A stretch of DNA of 62,926 nt, filler included, from Octopus bimaculoides (GCF_001194135.2; 6 parts of 5 records of this genome joined end to end with filler, not necessarily neighbours in it), one strand, 5' to 3'; shown: positions 1-13,129, counted from the whole stretch's first letter. The notes: generated from the letters alone by a model not told the origin. Made by a program: numbers and translations.

Positions 1-180
<180 letters not shown>

Positions 181-483
181 TGACATAAGTGAGAGTGTCG
201 GGAGAGTATGAAAACATAAATCTCAAGTAATTTTATTACTATGCTATTTCACTTAATATAGATTTTCCTTTCTCGATTTCTTGCTATTTGTTTCTTTTTT
301 TTGTTTTGTTTTTATATTCGTTTTTATCAGTCTTTCCTCACATGCGCCATACATGCATTTAGGTGCAGCAAAGAATCTCCTTTCTGCCCGACGGCAATTG
401 CTAGTGGTGATAGTAGTAGTAGGAGTGGTTATAATGACTATCAGAAAGGACTGCTATTATTATAATATATTTCATATTTCGAC

Positions 484-547
<64 letters not shown>

Positions 548-1109
548 GTTGTTGTTGTTGTTGTTGTTGTTGTTATTATTGTTGATACTGTTGTTGTTCT
601 TATTATTATTATCATCATTATTATTATTATTATTATCATCACTATTATTATTTGTCTCAGATTTTTATTCTTTTGCAGTAACTTTGGCGATATAGACGTG
701 TTTGGCAATATATATATGTGTGTATATGCTCATGCATATACCCTCACACACACACACACACGTGCACATATATTTATATTTATGCTTTGTATGTGTGCGT
801 GTTTGTGCACGTTTGTTTTTTTATTTATTCATTTCATTTCTATTTATTCTTATTCTTAAAGGATGGTGAAATGATATTTTTACACACACAACTGCATATA
901 TTATTACACTTACTTATAGACACAAAGAGGATCATACACACCTGTATACACACACAAGTATATATTTGTACACATATACACATATGTATATGTATGAATA
1001 TGTTTACGCACACACGCACCTCTATATATTTATATATAGATATATATATATGTGTATATAAATATATTTATGTATCTATATATATATTTATGTATATATA
1101 TATATATAC

Positions 1110-1168
<59 letters not shown>

Positions 1169-1617
1169 NNNNNNNNNNNNNNNNNNNNNNNNNNNNNNNN
1201 NNNNNNNNNNNNNNNNNNNNNNNNNNNNNNNNNNNNNNNNNNNNNNNNNNNNNNNNNNNNNNNNNNNNNNNNNNNNNNNNNNNNNNNNNNNNNNNNNNNN
1301 NNNNNNNNNNNNNNNNNNNNNNNNNNNNNNNNNNNNNNNNNNNNNNNNNNNNNNNNNNNNNNNNNNNNNNNNNNNNNNNNNNNNNNNNNNNNNNNNNNNN
1401 NNNNNNNNNNNNNNNNNNNNNNNNNNNNNNNNNNNNNNNNNNNNNNNNNNNNNNNNNNNNNNNNNNNNNNNNNNNNNNNNNNNNNNNNNNNNNNNNNNNN
1501 NNNNNNNNNNNNNNNNNNNNNNNNNNNNNNNNNNNNNNNNNNNNNNNNNNNNNNNNNNNNNNNNNNNNNNNNNNNNNNNNNNNNNNNNNNNNNNNNNNNN
1601 NNNNNNNNNNNNNNTAT

Positions 1618-2870
1618 ATATATGCATATATGGACACAGGACGTCACAAAACGTAAACATGAGATACGAAAACAACATGGAATAAGATGATAAACTTGGG
1701 TATGCGAACAACGAAAGAGACAATAGGAAAACAAGACAACTAACATAAAGAGCGACCCTTCATCAGTTGCCGACTCTCCATCTACTTATTTCGATCAATT
1801 AACGACAATATGAGGCTTCGAAGGGCAGTTGATCCCGTGGACCAAAATATATTTGGTATTTGCGGAAGGTCAAAGTTGGTAACAAAAACAGGACAGTGCA
1901 GACATACAACAAACCAAACGAAAACAAACATGGAGGGCCGTTAAGCCAAAGTAAGGTAGCGAACGCTGGAGGAATATTGTTTTTGACAAGTGAAAGGATA
2001 GAAGAGGAGATAGATCAAAATGTGTCTGGTATGTAAGATAGGCTGAAAGAAAAGAAAGATGATCACGTGAGTAAAAGAAAGATGGACGATGGTCACGTGT
2101 GAGCAACGAGTGGGAGTAAAGGAGAAAGAGGGAGAGAGAGACAGATTGAAAACGGTCGAGGGCAGAAAAAAGAATTAGAAAAAGGAAGAGAGGGAAAACG
2201 AAAAGAGAAGAGAGAGAACAGTACATGGTAGTGTCGCAGAGTGGCGTTCCTCCTTTTCGTTTTCTCTTTCTTCCTTTCCCTAATTCTTTTTGTCCCCTTC
2301 TCTCCCTTTCGCCTTTTTTCACTCATCTTTTCTCCAATTCCTTTTTCCCACCCTTCACCGTTTTCTATCTGTCTCTCTCTCCCTCTTTCTCCTTTACACC
2401 CTCTCGTTGCCCACACGTGACCATCGTGCATCTTTCTTTGACTCACGTCATCATCTTTCTTTTGTTTCAGTCTCTCTGACAGACCAGATGCATTCTTATC
2501 TGTGTCCTCTTCTATCTTTTCTCTTATCAAAGACAGTATTCCTCCAGAGTTCGCTACCTTACCTCGTGTAGCCTAACGGCCCTCCATGATTGCTTTCGTT
2601 TGGCTTCTTGTATGTCTCCATTGTCCTGTTTTTGTTACCAAATTTGATCCTCTGCAAATCCCAAATGTTATTTTGGTTCGCTGGAGCAACTACCTTTCGA
2701 AGTCTCATATTGTCGTTAATTCCTCGAAATAAGGAGTAGATGTTTATGTTACTCGTCTTGTTTTCCATTTGTTCCTCTCGTTGTTCGCATACCCAAGTTT
2801 GTCTTCGTAATTCATGTTGTTTTTGTACTTATTGTTGGTTACGTTTTGAGACTCCTGTATGCATACATGC
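1618..2870. repeat. ~1.25-kb imperfect fold-back: two ~600-bp copies of one interspersed repeat in inverted orientation
   Basis: AAACTTGGGTATGCGAACAACGA (1692-1714) is the exact reverse complement of 2778-2800, and TTAACGACAATATGAG pairs with CTCATATTGTCGTTAA. Purine-rich 2000-2220 mirrors pyrimidine-rich 2250-2520. Loop is about 30 nt. Confidence 0.9.
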
Positions 2871-3696
2871 CTAAAGAAGCGCGTCGTATATATATATGTA
2901 CATATAACTATATATGTGGATATATATNNNNNNNNNNNNNNNNNNNNNNNNNNNNNNNNNNNNNNNNNNNNNNNNNNNNNNNNNNNNNNNNNNNNNNNNN
3001 NNNNNNNNNNNNNNNNNNNNNNNNNNNNNNNNNNNNNNNNNNNNNNNNNNNNNNNNNNNNNNNNNNNNNNNNNNNNNNNNNNNNNNNNNNNNNNNNNNNN
3101 NNNNNNNNNNNNNNNNNNNNNNNNNNNNNNNNNNNNNNNNNNNNNNNNNNNNNNNNNNNNNNNNNNNNNNNNNNNNNNNNNNNNNNNNNNNNNNNNNNNN
3201 NNNNNNNNNNNNNNNNNNNNNNNNNNNNNNNNNNNNNNNNNNNNNNNNNNNNNNNNNNNNNNNNNNNNNNNNNNNNNNNNNNNNNNNNNNNNNNNNNNNN
3301 NNNNNNNNNNNNNNNNNNNNNNNNNNNNNNNNNNNNNNNNNNNNNNNNNNNNNNNNNNNNNNNNNNNNNNNNNNNNNNNNNNNNNNNNNNNNNNNNNNNN
3401 NNNNNNNNNNNNNNNNNNNNNNNNNNNNNNNNNNNNNNNNNNNNNNNNNNNNNNNNNNNNNNNNNNNNNNNNNNNNNNNNNNNNNNNNNNNNNNNNNNNN
3501 NNNNNNNNNNNNNNNNNNNNNNNNNNNNNNNNNNNNNNNNNNNNNNNNNNNNNNNNNNNNNNNNNNNNNNNNNNNNNNNNNNNNNNNNNTATATATATAT
3601 ATATATGTATATATATTCATGTATATATATATATCTATATCTATATAAATATATTTACATAAATATATTTATATATATATATATTTATATATATAT

Positions 3697-4112
3697 TTGC
3701 TTCCCAACCACATGTTTCTGCGTGGCAACTTGGAGAAGTGTCTCCTACTGTAGCCTAGGGCCAACCAAAGCATTGTGAGTGGATTGGGTAGACGGAAACT
3801 GAAAGAAGCCCGTTGTATAAATATATATGCATGTATGTATGTATGTATGTTTGTATGTATAGATGTATTTATGTATGTATGTATGTATGCATGTATGTAT
3901 GTATGTATTATGTGTTTGTGTCTTTGTTTGTCCCACCACCATCGCTTGATAACCGATGTTGGCGTGTTTACGCCCCCGTAACATAGTGGTTCGGCAAAAG
4001 ACTGATAGATGAAGTACTAAGCTTACAAAGAACAAGGCCTGGTGTCGATTTGTTCGACTAAAGGCAGTGTTCCAGCATGGCCGCCGTCAAATGACTGAAA
4101 CCAACAAAAGAA
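3697..4112 (+). mobile_element. tRNA-derived CORE-type SINE (family A, OR2-like): core + (TATG)n + conserved tail, 5'-truncated
   Basis: CORE-like ACTTGGAGAAGTGTCT, the family motif GTAGACGGAAACTGAAAGAAGCCCG, and a tail ending CAGCATGGCCGCCGTCAAATGACTGAAAC shared with many copies in the window. Confidence 0.85.
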
Positions 4113-4127
4113 TATATATATACTTAG

Positions 4128-4161
<34 letters not shown>

Positions 4162-4260
4162 NNNNNNNNNNNNNNNNNNNNNNNNNNNNNNNNNNNNNNN
4201 NNNNNNNNNNNNNNNNNNNNNNNNNNNNNNNNNNNNNNNNNNNNNNNNNNNNNNNNNNNN

Positions 4261-4360
4261 NAACAAACAAATCAATAGACAAACAAAAAAAACAAACAAA
4301 TAAACAAACAAACGCGACTGAAAACAATATCTTCGCCTTCGCTAAGGCTGAGGTAATAAT
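4261..4360 (+). mobile_element. 3' end of a non-autonomous Helentron/DINE-1-like (HINE) element
   Basis: (AAAC)n tract, then AAACGCGACTGAAAACAA, then hairpin CTTCGCCTT-CGCT-AAGGCTGAGGT and TAAT. Same family as 60328-61200. Confidence 0.55.
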
Positions 4361-4392
4361 AATGATAACAGTGAAAATGTTCCTCTCCTTAC

Positions 4393-4453
4393 CTACTCGC
4401 AAGAATTCTATACGAACAATATGTGAATAACAAAGAAGTTGATATCATACCCT
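4393..4453 (-). CDS. Candidate 61-nt exon (phase 1 in: xGMISTSLLFTYCSYRILAS)
   Basis: Minus-strand acceptor CTTAATTTTTATTTAG and donor TAG|GTAAGG. Its phase does not directly follow exon 9517-9565, so an intervening exon would be needed. Confidence 0.3.
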
Positions 4454-5025
4454 CTAAATAAAAATTAAGACACATGAAAAACTATTTTTGAAAAGGTAAG
4501 AATGATCAATATATGGAAGAAAATGTAACAGTCAAAGGAAGCGAATGAAGCTTTTTCGCTAAGAAATCAAGGTCTTGATTTTGTGACTTTACTGAGCTTC
4601 GGAAATTGGAAAAAAATCCCTCTTTTTATTGTTCATTATTTGACAAATTGCACTGTAAGATATAAGTCCATCATCAACGCTTTTTCGAACCATCTAGATT
4701 AAGAACCATCTGATTAAGAACAAAACACGATCCAATTCCAGCCACCGAAAAAGAAGAGAAAATCCAATGAATGGGTCTTTACCTACTAGCTGGCTTAGAC
4801 TACTAGAAATTGCAGCCAAATAATTTTTCAAATTATGACCCCACATTTTGAGAAATGGGAAAAATAGTTAATATATTCCTATATAACGGTATGAATATAG
4901 AGCAATACTATGGAGATGAATAGTAAACCTGCTTTTGATAGTAAACCTGTTCGATGTGAGTTGGCGTATGCTAGGCAAAACAACAACAGAAAATGAAGAA
5001 TAGATGATGTATCCAATTATCACCG

Positions 5026-5410
5026 TGGAGGCGCAATGGCCCAGTGGTTAGGGAAGCGGACTAACGGTCATATGATCGCGGTTTCTATTCCTAGACCGGA
5101 CGTTGTGAGTGTTTATTGAGCGAAAACACCTAAAACTCCACGAGGCTCGGACAGGGGATGGTGGCAAACCCTGCTGTACTCTTTCACCACAACTTTCTCT
5201 CACTCTTACTTCCTGTTTGTGTTGTGCTTGTAATTCAAAGGGTCAGCTTTGTCACACTTTGTCACACTGAATATCCCCGAGAACTACGTTAAGGGTACAC
5301 ATGTCTGTGGAGTGCTCAGCCACTTGCACGTTAATTTCACTAGCAGGCTGTTCCGTTGATCGGATCAACTGGAACCCTCGACGTCGTAAGCGACGGAGTG
5401 CCAACAACTA
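5026..5410 (+). mobile_element. Full-length tRNA-derived SINE (family D)
   Basis: A-box TGGCCCAGTGG and B-box-like GGTTTCTATTCC. Body and tail (GAGAACTACGTTAAGGGTACAC...GTCGTAAGCGAC) recur at 62570-62855, and the head recurs inverted at 25385-25451. Confidence 0.85.
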
Positions 5411-6123
5411 CAAACCAATTATCACCGCATCTATTCTCAGTAGGCGATTTCAAATTTACACTCCCGNNNNNNNNNNNNNNNNNNNNNNNNNNNNNNNNNN
5501 NNNNNNNNNNNNNNNNNNNNNNNNNNNNNNNNNNNNNNNNNNNNNNNNNNNNNNNNNNNNNNNNNNNNNNNNNNNNNNNNNNNNNNNNNNNNNNNNNNNN
5601 NNNNNNNNNNNNNNNNNNNNNNNNNNNNNNNNNNNNNNNNNNNNNNNNNNNNNNNNNNNNNNNNNNNNNNNNNNNNNNNNNNNNNNNNNNNNNNNNNNNN
5701 NNNNNNNNNNNNNNNNNNNNNNNNNNNNNNNNNNNNNNNNNNNNNNNNNNNNNNNNNNNNNNNNNNNNNNNNNNNNNNNNNNNNNNNNNNNNNNNNNNNN
5801 NNNNNNNNNNNNNNNNNNNNNNNNNNNNNNNNNNNNNNNNNNNNNNNNNNNNNNNNNNNNNNNNNNNNNNNNNNNNNNNNNNNNNNNNNNNNNNNNNNNA
5901 TGAATCATTTTTATTTTAACTTAACGTATTATATAATATTCTTTCCGAAGTCTAACACGTCTTCAATGTTTTCATTTATAGCAGGTTTTCCTTTATAACT
6001 AGGCGTCAATAATAGTATACGCGCGCACAGACACACTTATATGTATGTGTTCACATACTGTCAAATATATGTTTACCTCACTCTCTCTTTCTCTCTCTCT
6101 TTCTAAACACACATATATATATA

Positions 6124-6156
<33 letters not shown>

Positions 6157-6389
6157 GTTTATGTGTGTGTGTATGTAAATACTAACACACACATACACAC
6201 GTATAAATGAGAGAAAGAGAGAAAGAGAGAGAGTGAGATTTTATCACGAAATTAATGTTAACATATATATTTAGCATAGTTTTAAGATAGAGTTGCCCTT
6301 CCATTTTAAGAAATGGCATTACAACATTCTGAACCCTAATTATAATTATGCATATAATTATATATATACATATATATACAATCATACAT

Positions 6390-6685
6390 GTGAAGGTGCG
6401 TGGACAAGTGATTAGGCATCTTGCTCCCACGATCGTGTTTCTATTCCCATTCCGGCTGCGTGTTGTGTTCTTGAGAAAAACACTTCATTTCACCTTGCTT
6501 CAGTTCACTCGTCTCCAAATAGGTAACACTGCGACGGGGCACCTCCTTCTGATCAAGGGGAATGTTGGCCAACTCGCCTAACCAGCGGGGTTGCATGATA
6601 CGAAAGCTAAAACGCTGCAAAGTGCATGGTCACCGGCGAAGCACAACAACACGTGATAGTCTGGTCGACCACGTGATAGAATGTA
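6390..6685 (+). mobile_element. tRNA-derived SINE (family C), degenerate
   Basis: tRNA-like head, core TGTTGTGTTCTTGAGAAAAACACTT and tail GATAGTCTGGTCGACCACGTGATA. An inverted copy lies at 13130-13400. Confidence 0.7.
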
Positions 6686-7511
6686 TATATATATNNNNNN
6701 NNNNNNNNNNNNNNNNNNNNNNNNNNNNNNNNNNNNNNNNNNNNNNNNNNNNNNNNNNNNNNNNNNNNNNNNNNNNNNNNNNNNNNNNNNNNNNNNNNNN
6801 NNNNNNNNNNNNNNNNNNNNNNNNNNNNNNNNNNNNNNNNNNNNNNNNNNNNNNNNNNNNNNNNNNNNNNNNNNNNNNNNNNNNNNNNNNNNNNNNNNNN
6901 NNNNNNNNNNNNNNNNNNNNNNNNNNNNNNNNNNNNNNNNNNNNNNNNNNNNNNNNNNNNNNNNNNNNNNNNNNNNNNNNNNNNNNNNNNNNNNNNNNNN
7001 NNNNNNNNNNNNNNNNNNNNNNNNNNNNNNNNNNNNNNNNNNNNNNNNACTATGCAGTAAGCTGCATCTTTTATTCATCAGTGCACGTATGGTCAAGACA
7101 CATAAAGAATAAACAAAAATCGACATACCCTGATGTACCCAACAACAGCAGCACGGCAACTTCTGTTCATCCTTATATATCCGTGAAAGAGGCGGGCTAT
7201 TCAAGTTACATTTTCGGCAACATGTGCTTTTACAGAATAATATTCAGCACTGAATATGTTCTAATTATTTATAATATAATATAAGGATAACATCTTTTTA
7301 AGAATTTATCAAGTAGTCAGCGTGAAAAAAACCTCATAAGGAAAAAAAAAAAAACATCATTTTTTTCCATAAATATATATAATATAATTTATATAAGGGC
7401 ATTATTATAAAATAAAGTCTTACGCTTTATATATATATATTTATATATGTATGTATATGTCTATGTATGTGTGTATGTATGTGCGCGTGTGTTTGTGTGT
7501 GTGTATGTTTG

Positions 7512-8290
7512 TGTGAAGTGCGTTAAAAACTATCCGACTTTATATTTTCACGCCAAAACTAATGTTGCATGAGTAAAATCGTTTAGGTGGGAGGTGACGC
7601 CATTCATCGTACTCAAAAATTATCGTGCGGGTAGGCCGCATTAGTTTTCGGCTGTTATGACTAGGCGACACACATCGCCTACTGTGCGGTCATCGGGTTT
7701 TTGTTCTTTGCAAAATGACCGAACGCTTCGAGTAAAGGCCATAAACACATATTTCATCACTAGTGACGATGGTCTTTGTGAAATCTGGGTACAGCATGTC
7801 CAGACGGTCCCCATACAGAGTTGCTTCTGTTGAACTTTGGGGCTGAGTTTTGCCGGCTTATTCCCACTTCGTGAGCAATTTCGTGGAACGTTACACCACG
7901 GCCTTTCATGACCATTCGCCTAATCTTCTCAATCGACTTCTCGTTTCCGCCTGTGGATGGGTTACCTGAGCATGCCTCACTCTCCACTGAGGTGCAGCCA
8001 TGTTTCAATTAGTTGTACAGCTCCTTAATCTGAGTTTTGCCCATGACATCAACGCCAAAGGCCTGTTGAGTCTTCTGGATGGCTTGAGCTTGAGTATCAC
8101 TAAGCTTTGGCAAAGCTTAATGCAACATCCCTGCTCGATGCCTTCAGTTATCTTGCATGTAAACGAAAATCTGACGAGCAAGCAGCACTCGTCTGTACTC
8201 TAGGTTTTACGGCCGTTTTGCAGTCAACCATTGCGAAAATTTCCACGCATGCGTAAGAAGGGTGGCGTCACCAGTCACCGAAAGGACTTC
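7512..8290 (-). mobile_element. Internally deleted mariner transposon (N-terminal HTH region through the first catalytic Asp)
   Basis: Frameshifted minus-strand translation gives KLSDTQAQAIQKTQQAFGVDVMGKTQIKELYN*LKHGCTSVESEACSGNPST...VTFHEIAHEVGIS and PDFTKTIVTSDEICVY. TIR-like GAAGTGCGTTAAAAACTATCCGACTTT near 7514. Confidence 0.85.
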
Positions 8291-8338
8291 ATTCACAGAC
8301 ACAGATACACAAACATATACACACACATACATACATAC

Positions 8339-8415
<77 letters not shown>

Positions 8416-8416
<1 letters not shown>

Positions 8417-8554
8417 GACGGGCTTCTTTCAGTTTCCGTCTACCAAATCCACTCACGAGGCTTTGGTCGGCCCGAGGCTATAGTAGAAGACACTTGCCCA
8501 AGGTGCCACGTAGTGAGACTGAACCCGGAACCATGTGGTTGGTAAGCAAGCTAC
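8416..8554 (-). mobile_element. SINE family A core, abutting a Tc1 relic
   Basis: Near-consensus GACGGGCTTCTTTCAGTTTCCGTCTACCAAATCCACTCAC...CTTGCCCAAGGTGCCAC. Confidence 0.9.
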
Positions 8555-8739
8555 AAGAATCGGAGACGGTTTTAGCTGAAGAATGGACAAACATTCCTTT
8601 GGTAACAATTCAAACTTTGTACGAGTCCATACCTCGTAGAATTCAAGCTGTAATTACTTCTCAAGGCGGTCATGCCCCTTATTAAGATAAATTTGCTTGA
8701 AATTTTAAGATGTTTCCATTATTTTGTCCAACCCCTGTA
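8555..8739 (+). mobile_element. 3' end of a Tc1-family transposon (transposase C-terminus + TIR + TA)
   Basis: Translates as LAEEWTNIPLVTIQTLYESIPRRIQAVITSQGGHAPY*, followed by TIR TTTCCATTATTTTGTCCAACCCCTG and TA. Confidence 0.85.
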
Positions 8740-8781
8740 TGTATATATATAAAATATACATTCTATTATATATATAAACAT

Positions 8782-8819
<38 letters not shown>

Positions 8820-8862
8820 ATGTGTATATATATGTAAAATATATGAGCATCTATATACGTAC

Positions 8863-8903
<41 letters not shown>

Positions 8904-8911
8904 TGTGTGTG

Positions 8912-8949
<38 letters not shown>

Positions 8950-9516
8950 CACACACACATATATGTATATATATATATACATGCGTGCGTGTTTGCTCGA
9001 GCCTATTTTAGTATTTGGGTTATGTTCATTAGCAGTTTATATAATAATGGAGGAAATGAAATAGGAAATTGAGGAACGTCACGACTCATGAAAAAATTAA
9101 ATACCACGTCTACGTAAGTTAGCAAATAGAAAAGTACAAAAGAAGTAGCATGAAATCTGTAAGCATATCAGGAAAGGAATTAGTGTATAGGTATGTTTCA
9201 GTATGTATGTGAGTGAACATGAGAAAAACATAAGTAATAATATAATATAATATAATAAAATATAATATAATATAATAATATATAGTATTGTATTGTACTG
9301 GGTCGTGTGACGTGAAATTATTAAAAAAAACCCCAAAAACGCTGATCATCGGAAATATCACAAATTTTTAGTAAATTATCAAAGAATTATTTTACGCACA
9401 GAGTTATTAAGGCAAGAGATGAAAGTGTCAGAGCATTGTCATGTCATTTCATAATGGTTAGTGTACTTTTCTCTATAAGGTTACCGTAATGATTAAATTA
9501 GTTTTATGATGCTTAC

Positions 9517-9565
9517 ACTGCTACTTCACGAGACAAAAACCCCGATGAAACTAGTACGAATGCAT
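9517..9565 (-). CDS. Candidate 49-nt internal exon (phase 1 in, 2 out: DAFVLVSSGFLSREVAV)
   Basis: Minus-strand acceptor AATATTTTATAG and donor GT|GTAAGC. The only open frame is phase 1, which matches the phase-1 exit of exon 10194-10244. Confidence 0.45.
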
Positions 9566-10193
9566 CTATAAAATATTTACTAAGATGAAAAGTAAAAAAA
9601 AAAAAAGAAAAAATCAATCAAACTAGTATAGAAGGAAAAGAAAAACCTATTACTAGCTTGTGTTTTAGAAAAGCAAATTGTATCAAACATCTCATGCACT
9701 ACAGCGGCGAGTGGAATATTGTTTAAGCAGGAATGCTAGAATACTACGTTTTATTTTCTCTTGAAAATTGTCAAACTGTTAACATATGAAACTATTTTTA
9801 AAATACTGGAAAAAATATTAAGTAAAAAAAAAAGATTCTAGCCTCAATTTCAAATAGGAAAAGTTTTATATTTCAACCCATGTTTTATTAATTTTCTTAA
9901 AATGTTTTTATATTATAAAAAAATAAGAAATAATTCTTTGCATAAATTTTACCTGGCTTAAAAAACGATCATCAATCGTCATGCAAAACCAGGCATTTAT
10001 TTTTAGTGCTGGAAGTGTTATCGTGCATTGAAAATTAATTTTTCTGTTTTAAAATTAAGAGTGTTATATTTCTAAAAACAATGATAAAATAAGCATTCTT
10101 TGGATGAAGAATAGGAAATAAAAGATTTCAGCGGTTATTATTCCAGACATGAATTAGTTTCAAAGCTTTCCTTCACCATTCCAAACCACTTAC

Positions 10194-10244
10194 CGCTGCC
10201 TAATGGCCCCTCTGGGTATTGGGGGGCATATGAAGAATTTTGGG
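10194..10244 (-). CDS. Candidate 51-nt internal exon of an unidentified minus-strand gene (phase 1-1: xQNSSYAPQYPEGPLGS)
   Basis: On the minus strand a long pyrimidine tract ends ...TTCATTTTATATTCCAG, then 51 nt of GC-richer sequence, then G|GTAAGT. Length is a multiple of 3 and open in phase 1 (also open in phase 2). Confidence 0.6.
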
Positions 10245-11559
10245 CTGGAATATAAAATGAACAATAGAAGATAGAGAATAGAGAATAGAGAATTGTGTGA
10301 CAACGTAAAATTCTGTGACATTATTATGATAAACAAACTAATAAAGAAAAATTGAATGAAAACAAAAAAAAAAAAAAAATGAAATAGTGTACGTTATTTT
10401 TATTGTCATACTTTCAGAGCGGAGAGTCTTTGCTGTAACAATATAAAAGAAAACATTTCTCCTTTTATTTTCTTTTAAAAATAAAACCTAGCCTAGCCCT
10501 TAACTTTAGCTCTGATCCTAACATGAACGTAACTCTTTTTTCAATGCTGTAACCTTAAATCAAAAGAATAAAATCAAAGGAATGAAAGTCATAGACAGAA
10601 GGATCAATAGTTTGACAGTTACGACTAACTAATCAAACTAAAGAATTAAGATGAAACGATTTTTCTGTTCACAAAGAATGAATCACATCAGTTTCCTTTG
10701 CTCATATTTTAGCTACTTAGAGCAACACTGGCAAATAATAAAGGAATAAAAGATTACTATTTTCATAGGATCGTCAGAGGAGAAGGAGGAGGTGCTTATG
10801 AATTTTACAAGCCGGTCCAGAGTGGCGGGACTGTTGCGGTTGAAGTTCAGGTCGGTGCTGATAAAACACAAGAAGGAAAGGAATTGCAAAGGGAAGGCCA
10901 AAGTGAGAAAGAAATGGAGAAAGAGTTTAGAGTAATGTTTGGGCGGTGCGAAACAATCAGCAGAATTACATATGGTAGATGGGGAAGGTGGGTCTTTTTA
11001 GAGACGGTACTCAGCTCGCTATTTCAGAGAAGTAGTGGCTATCGTAACTTTGATAGAAGAGTGAAGAACAACATTGTGAAACCTAAAAATTGTGAAACCC
11101 ATCCAGATAGCTCTCACTTCAATGTCGTCGAATATGTTAATACTGCATGCACGTAACATTTATTGTCCTCAAGATATTGTTAGTGTTTTAATGCGTGCCT
11201 CACTTGAAATTTGTAGAGCACCAGAAACTGATGAAGGCTTAAAGTAAAGTCTTATATTTTAGGGTGTACGGAACATAAACGAACTTAAGTGTATACCAAG
11301 AATTACATATGCGGTCGGTACATGCTACAAAGGTGCCGTGTAACAGTTAACGAAGAAATAAAAGTCAAACCACAAGCAGGCAATGTTCTTAAAAATCGTA
11401 GACCTTACTGATGTCATGAACAACATTGTTTTCGCCGAAGATGAAAGAAGTGTGAATAGAAGTTGGCAATTCAAAAACAGTTCGGATACATTTTGAGTCC
11501 ACTTCGCGATTATGTGAACGAGGAGTTACTGGCGACATGGAGACGGTTTGGAGTTCTGT

Positions 11560-12250
11560 TGAATACAACTGAGTAGCAATTTGTTACTGGGGTCATTTAT
11601 GCAGCTGGAGTAATGCACCAAGTCACTTTTGTTTTTATTTTATGGTAGTTATGAGGTAGTATGGTGTCTCTCTATTAATAGTGGTGGCTGCCTTTCTCCA
11701 GGAATTGTTGTCAATGTTCTTTGACAGTTGGGCTTCAATATGGTATTTGGTAAACACCAGGTTTAAGGATTTTGTTGTTGATGTCGTCTGGCAATAAGCT
11801 ATCTCAGTTAAGTAGGAGGAAAAGATAATTGATTCCAGTTAATATAGAATTAGGGGAGTTCGGTTCAACCAGCAATCTTGAAGTGCTAGACTATTTGATT
11901 TGTATAGTGTATTGCGCAGTAAGGGCAAGTACAATGTAATGCTTCTTTTGGTTATTGATCAGGTTACAGATAGATTGCAAAGTATAAATAAGGAAAGGTT
12001 AAGGATATTTAGGGTATCGGTGTGTGTTCCCAAGATGCAGATAAAAGAGGATATTAACTGGTGCATAATTTTAGTAGTGCCATAGTATGTAGCATTCTCA
12101 CCAACAACGTCTATGTTGGAGGAAGAAGAATGAATTGATAAAGTATTTCAACTCACTCCAGGTCGATATTCGAGTGTTAACGGAGTTAACGTAAGGTACG
12201 TCCTTCTAGAGCGAACAGTTGAACATAACCCCACATGTGGCGCAATCATT
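11560..12250 (-). mobile_element. Heavily decayed Penelope-like element (RT C-terminus / GIY-YIG start)
   Basis: Minus strand gives LLPDDINNKILKPGVYQIPY, resembling the GVY-x-IPC start of PLE GIY-YIG nucleases. Many stops. Confidence 0.4.
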
Positions 12251-12909
12251 TGGTTGGTAGGCGTAATGGATAACACAGATATTCAAGGACTGATTAAGAA
12301 CACAATTGTTTGGTTACGTTGTTGTTGTTTTTGTTTTGTCAGTAAGGACACAAAATTAAATAACAACGTCCACAAATAATAAAGTAAAGCAGATATTAAG
12401 AAGGTTTTTGAAAATTTTAAATTTACGAAAATTATCAATTAAGATAGTTGTTTTTGAAAGATAGATTGAATTTAGTTGTTTGAATTCTCTTTTTATAAAC
12501 ATTCAAATGAACACAAAACAGGAATAAAAAAGAAAAGATGAAAGAAAGAAAAGTATACAGGAAGTGAGAAAGCGATTTTACTTTTTACACGAGTTTCTGA
12601 AGAAGTTACTAAAGTACTTAACGAGTTTCTCCAGTTGAGTGTGATAATAGAAAAAAAATAAATAAAAAATATTCATTAGAACTGTTTTGTCGCCGTCGTA
12701 AAGTTATTGGGATAATTATACAATGTATGCATGTATGCACGTGTTTGTATGTAGGTATGATGGTATGCATATATGCATGAATGTATGTAAATATGCATGT
12801 AAATATATATATATGTGTGTGTGTGTACTTATGTATGTGTATGTATGCATGACTATATATATCCATATATCCACACACAAATCTAAAACTATACACAAAC
12901 ACATGTGTC

Positions 12910-12980
<71 letters not shown>

Positions 12981-13024
12981 NNNNNNNNNNNNNNNNNNNN
13001 NNNNNNNNNNNNNNNNNNNNNNNN

Positions 13025-13036
13025 TTAATTAATTAA
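13025..13036. other. Artificial scaffold-join marker TTAATTAATTAA (also 25725, 33325, 48244, 56910)
   Basis: Always centred in a 44N+12+44N block, and it carries stop codons in all six frames. Confidence 0.97.
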
Positions 13037-13080
13037 NNNNNNNNNNNNNNNNNNNNNNNNNNNNNNNNNNNNNNNNNNNN

Positions 13081-13115
<35 letters not shown>

Positions 13116-13129
13116 ATATATATATATAT

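Noticed and set aside
281-1746. Long ORFs (poly-I/V, HT/CV/YI repeats, X runs), here and throughout the track
   Set aside because: They are translations of microsatellites and N gaps with no protein motifs.
5026-5100. tRNA-like sequence with A and B boxes (also 13885, 25385, 37437)
   Set aside because: No complete cloverleaf, and each continues into repeated SINE bodies.
9953-10071. Minus-strand segment between a good acceptor and a GTAAAA donor
   Set aside because: It has stops in all three frames.
13025-13036. Palindromic TTAATTAATTAA found five times
   Set aside because: Always centred in 100-bp N blocks, so it is an artificial join marker.
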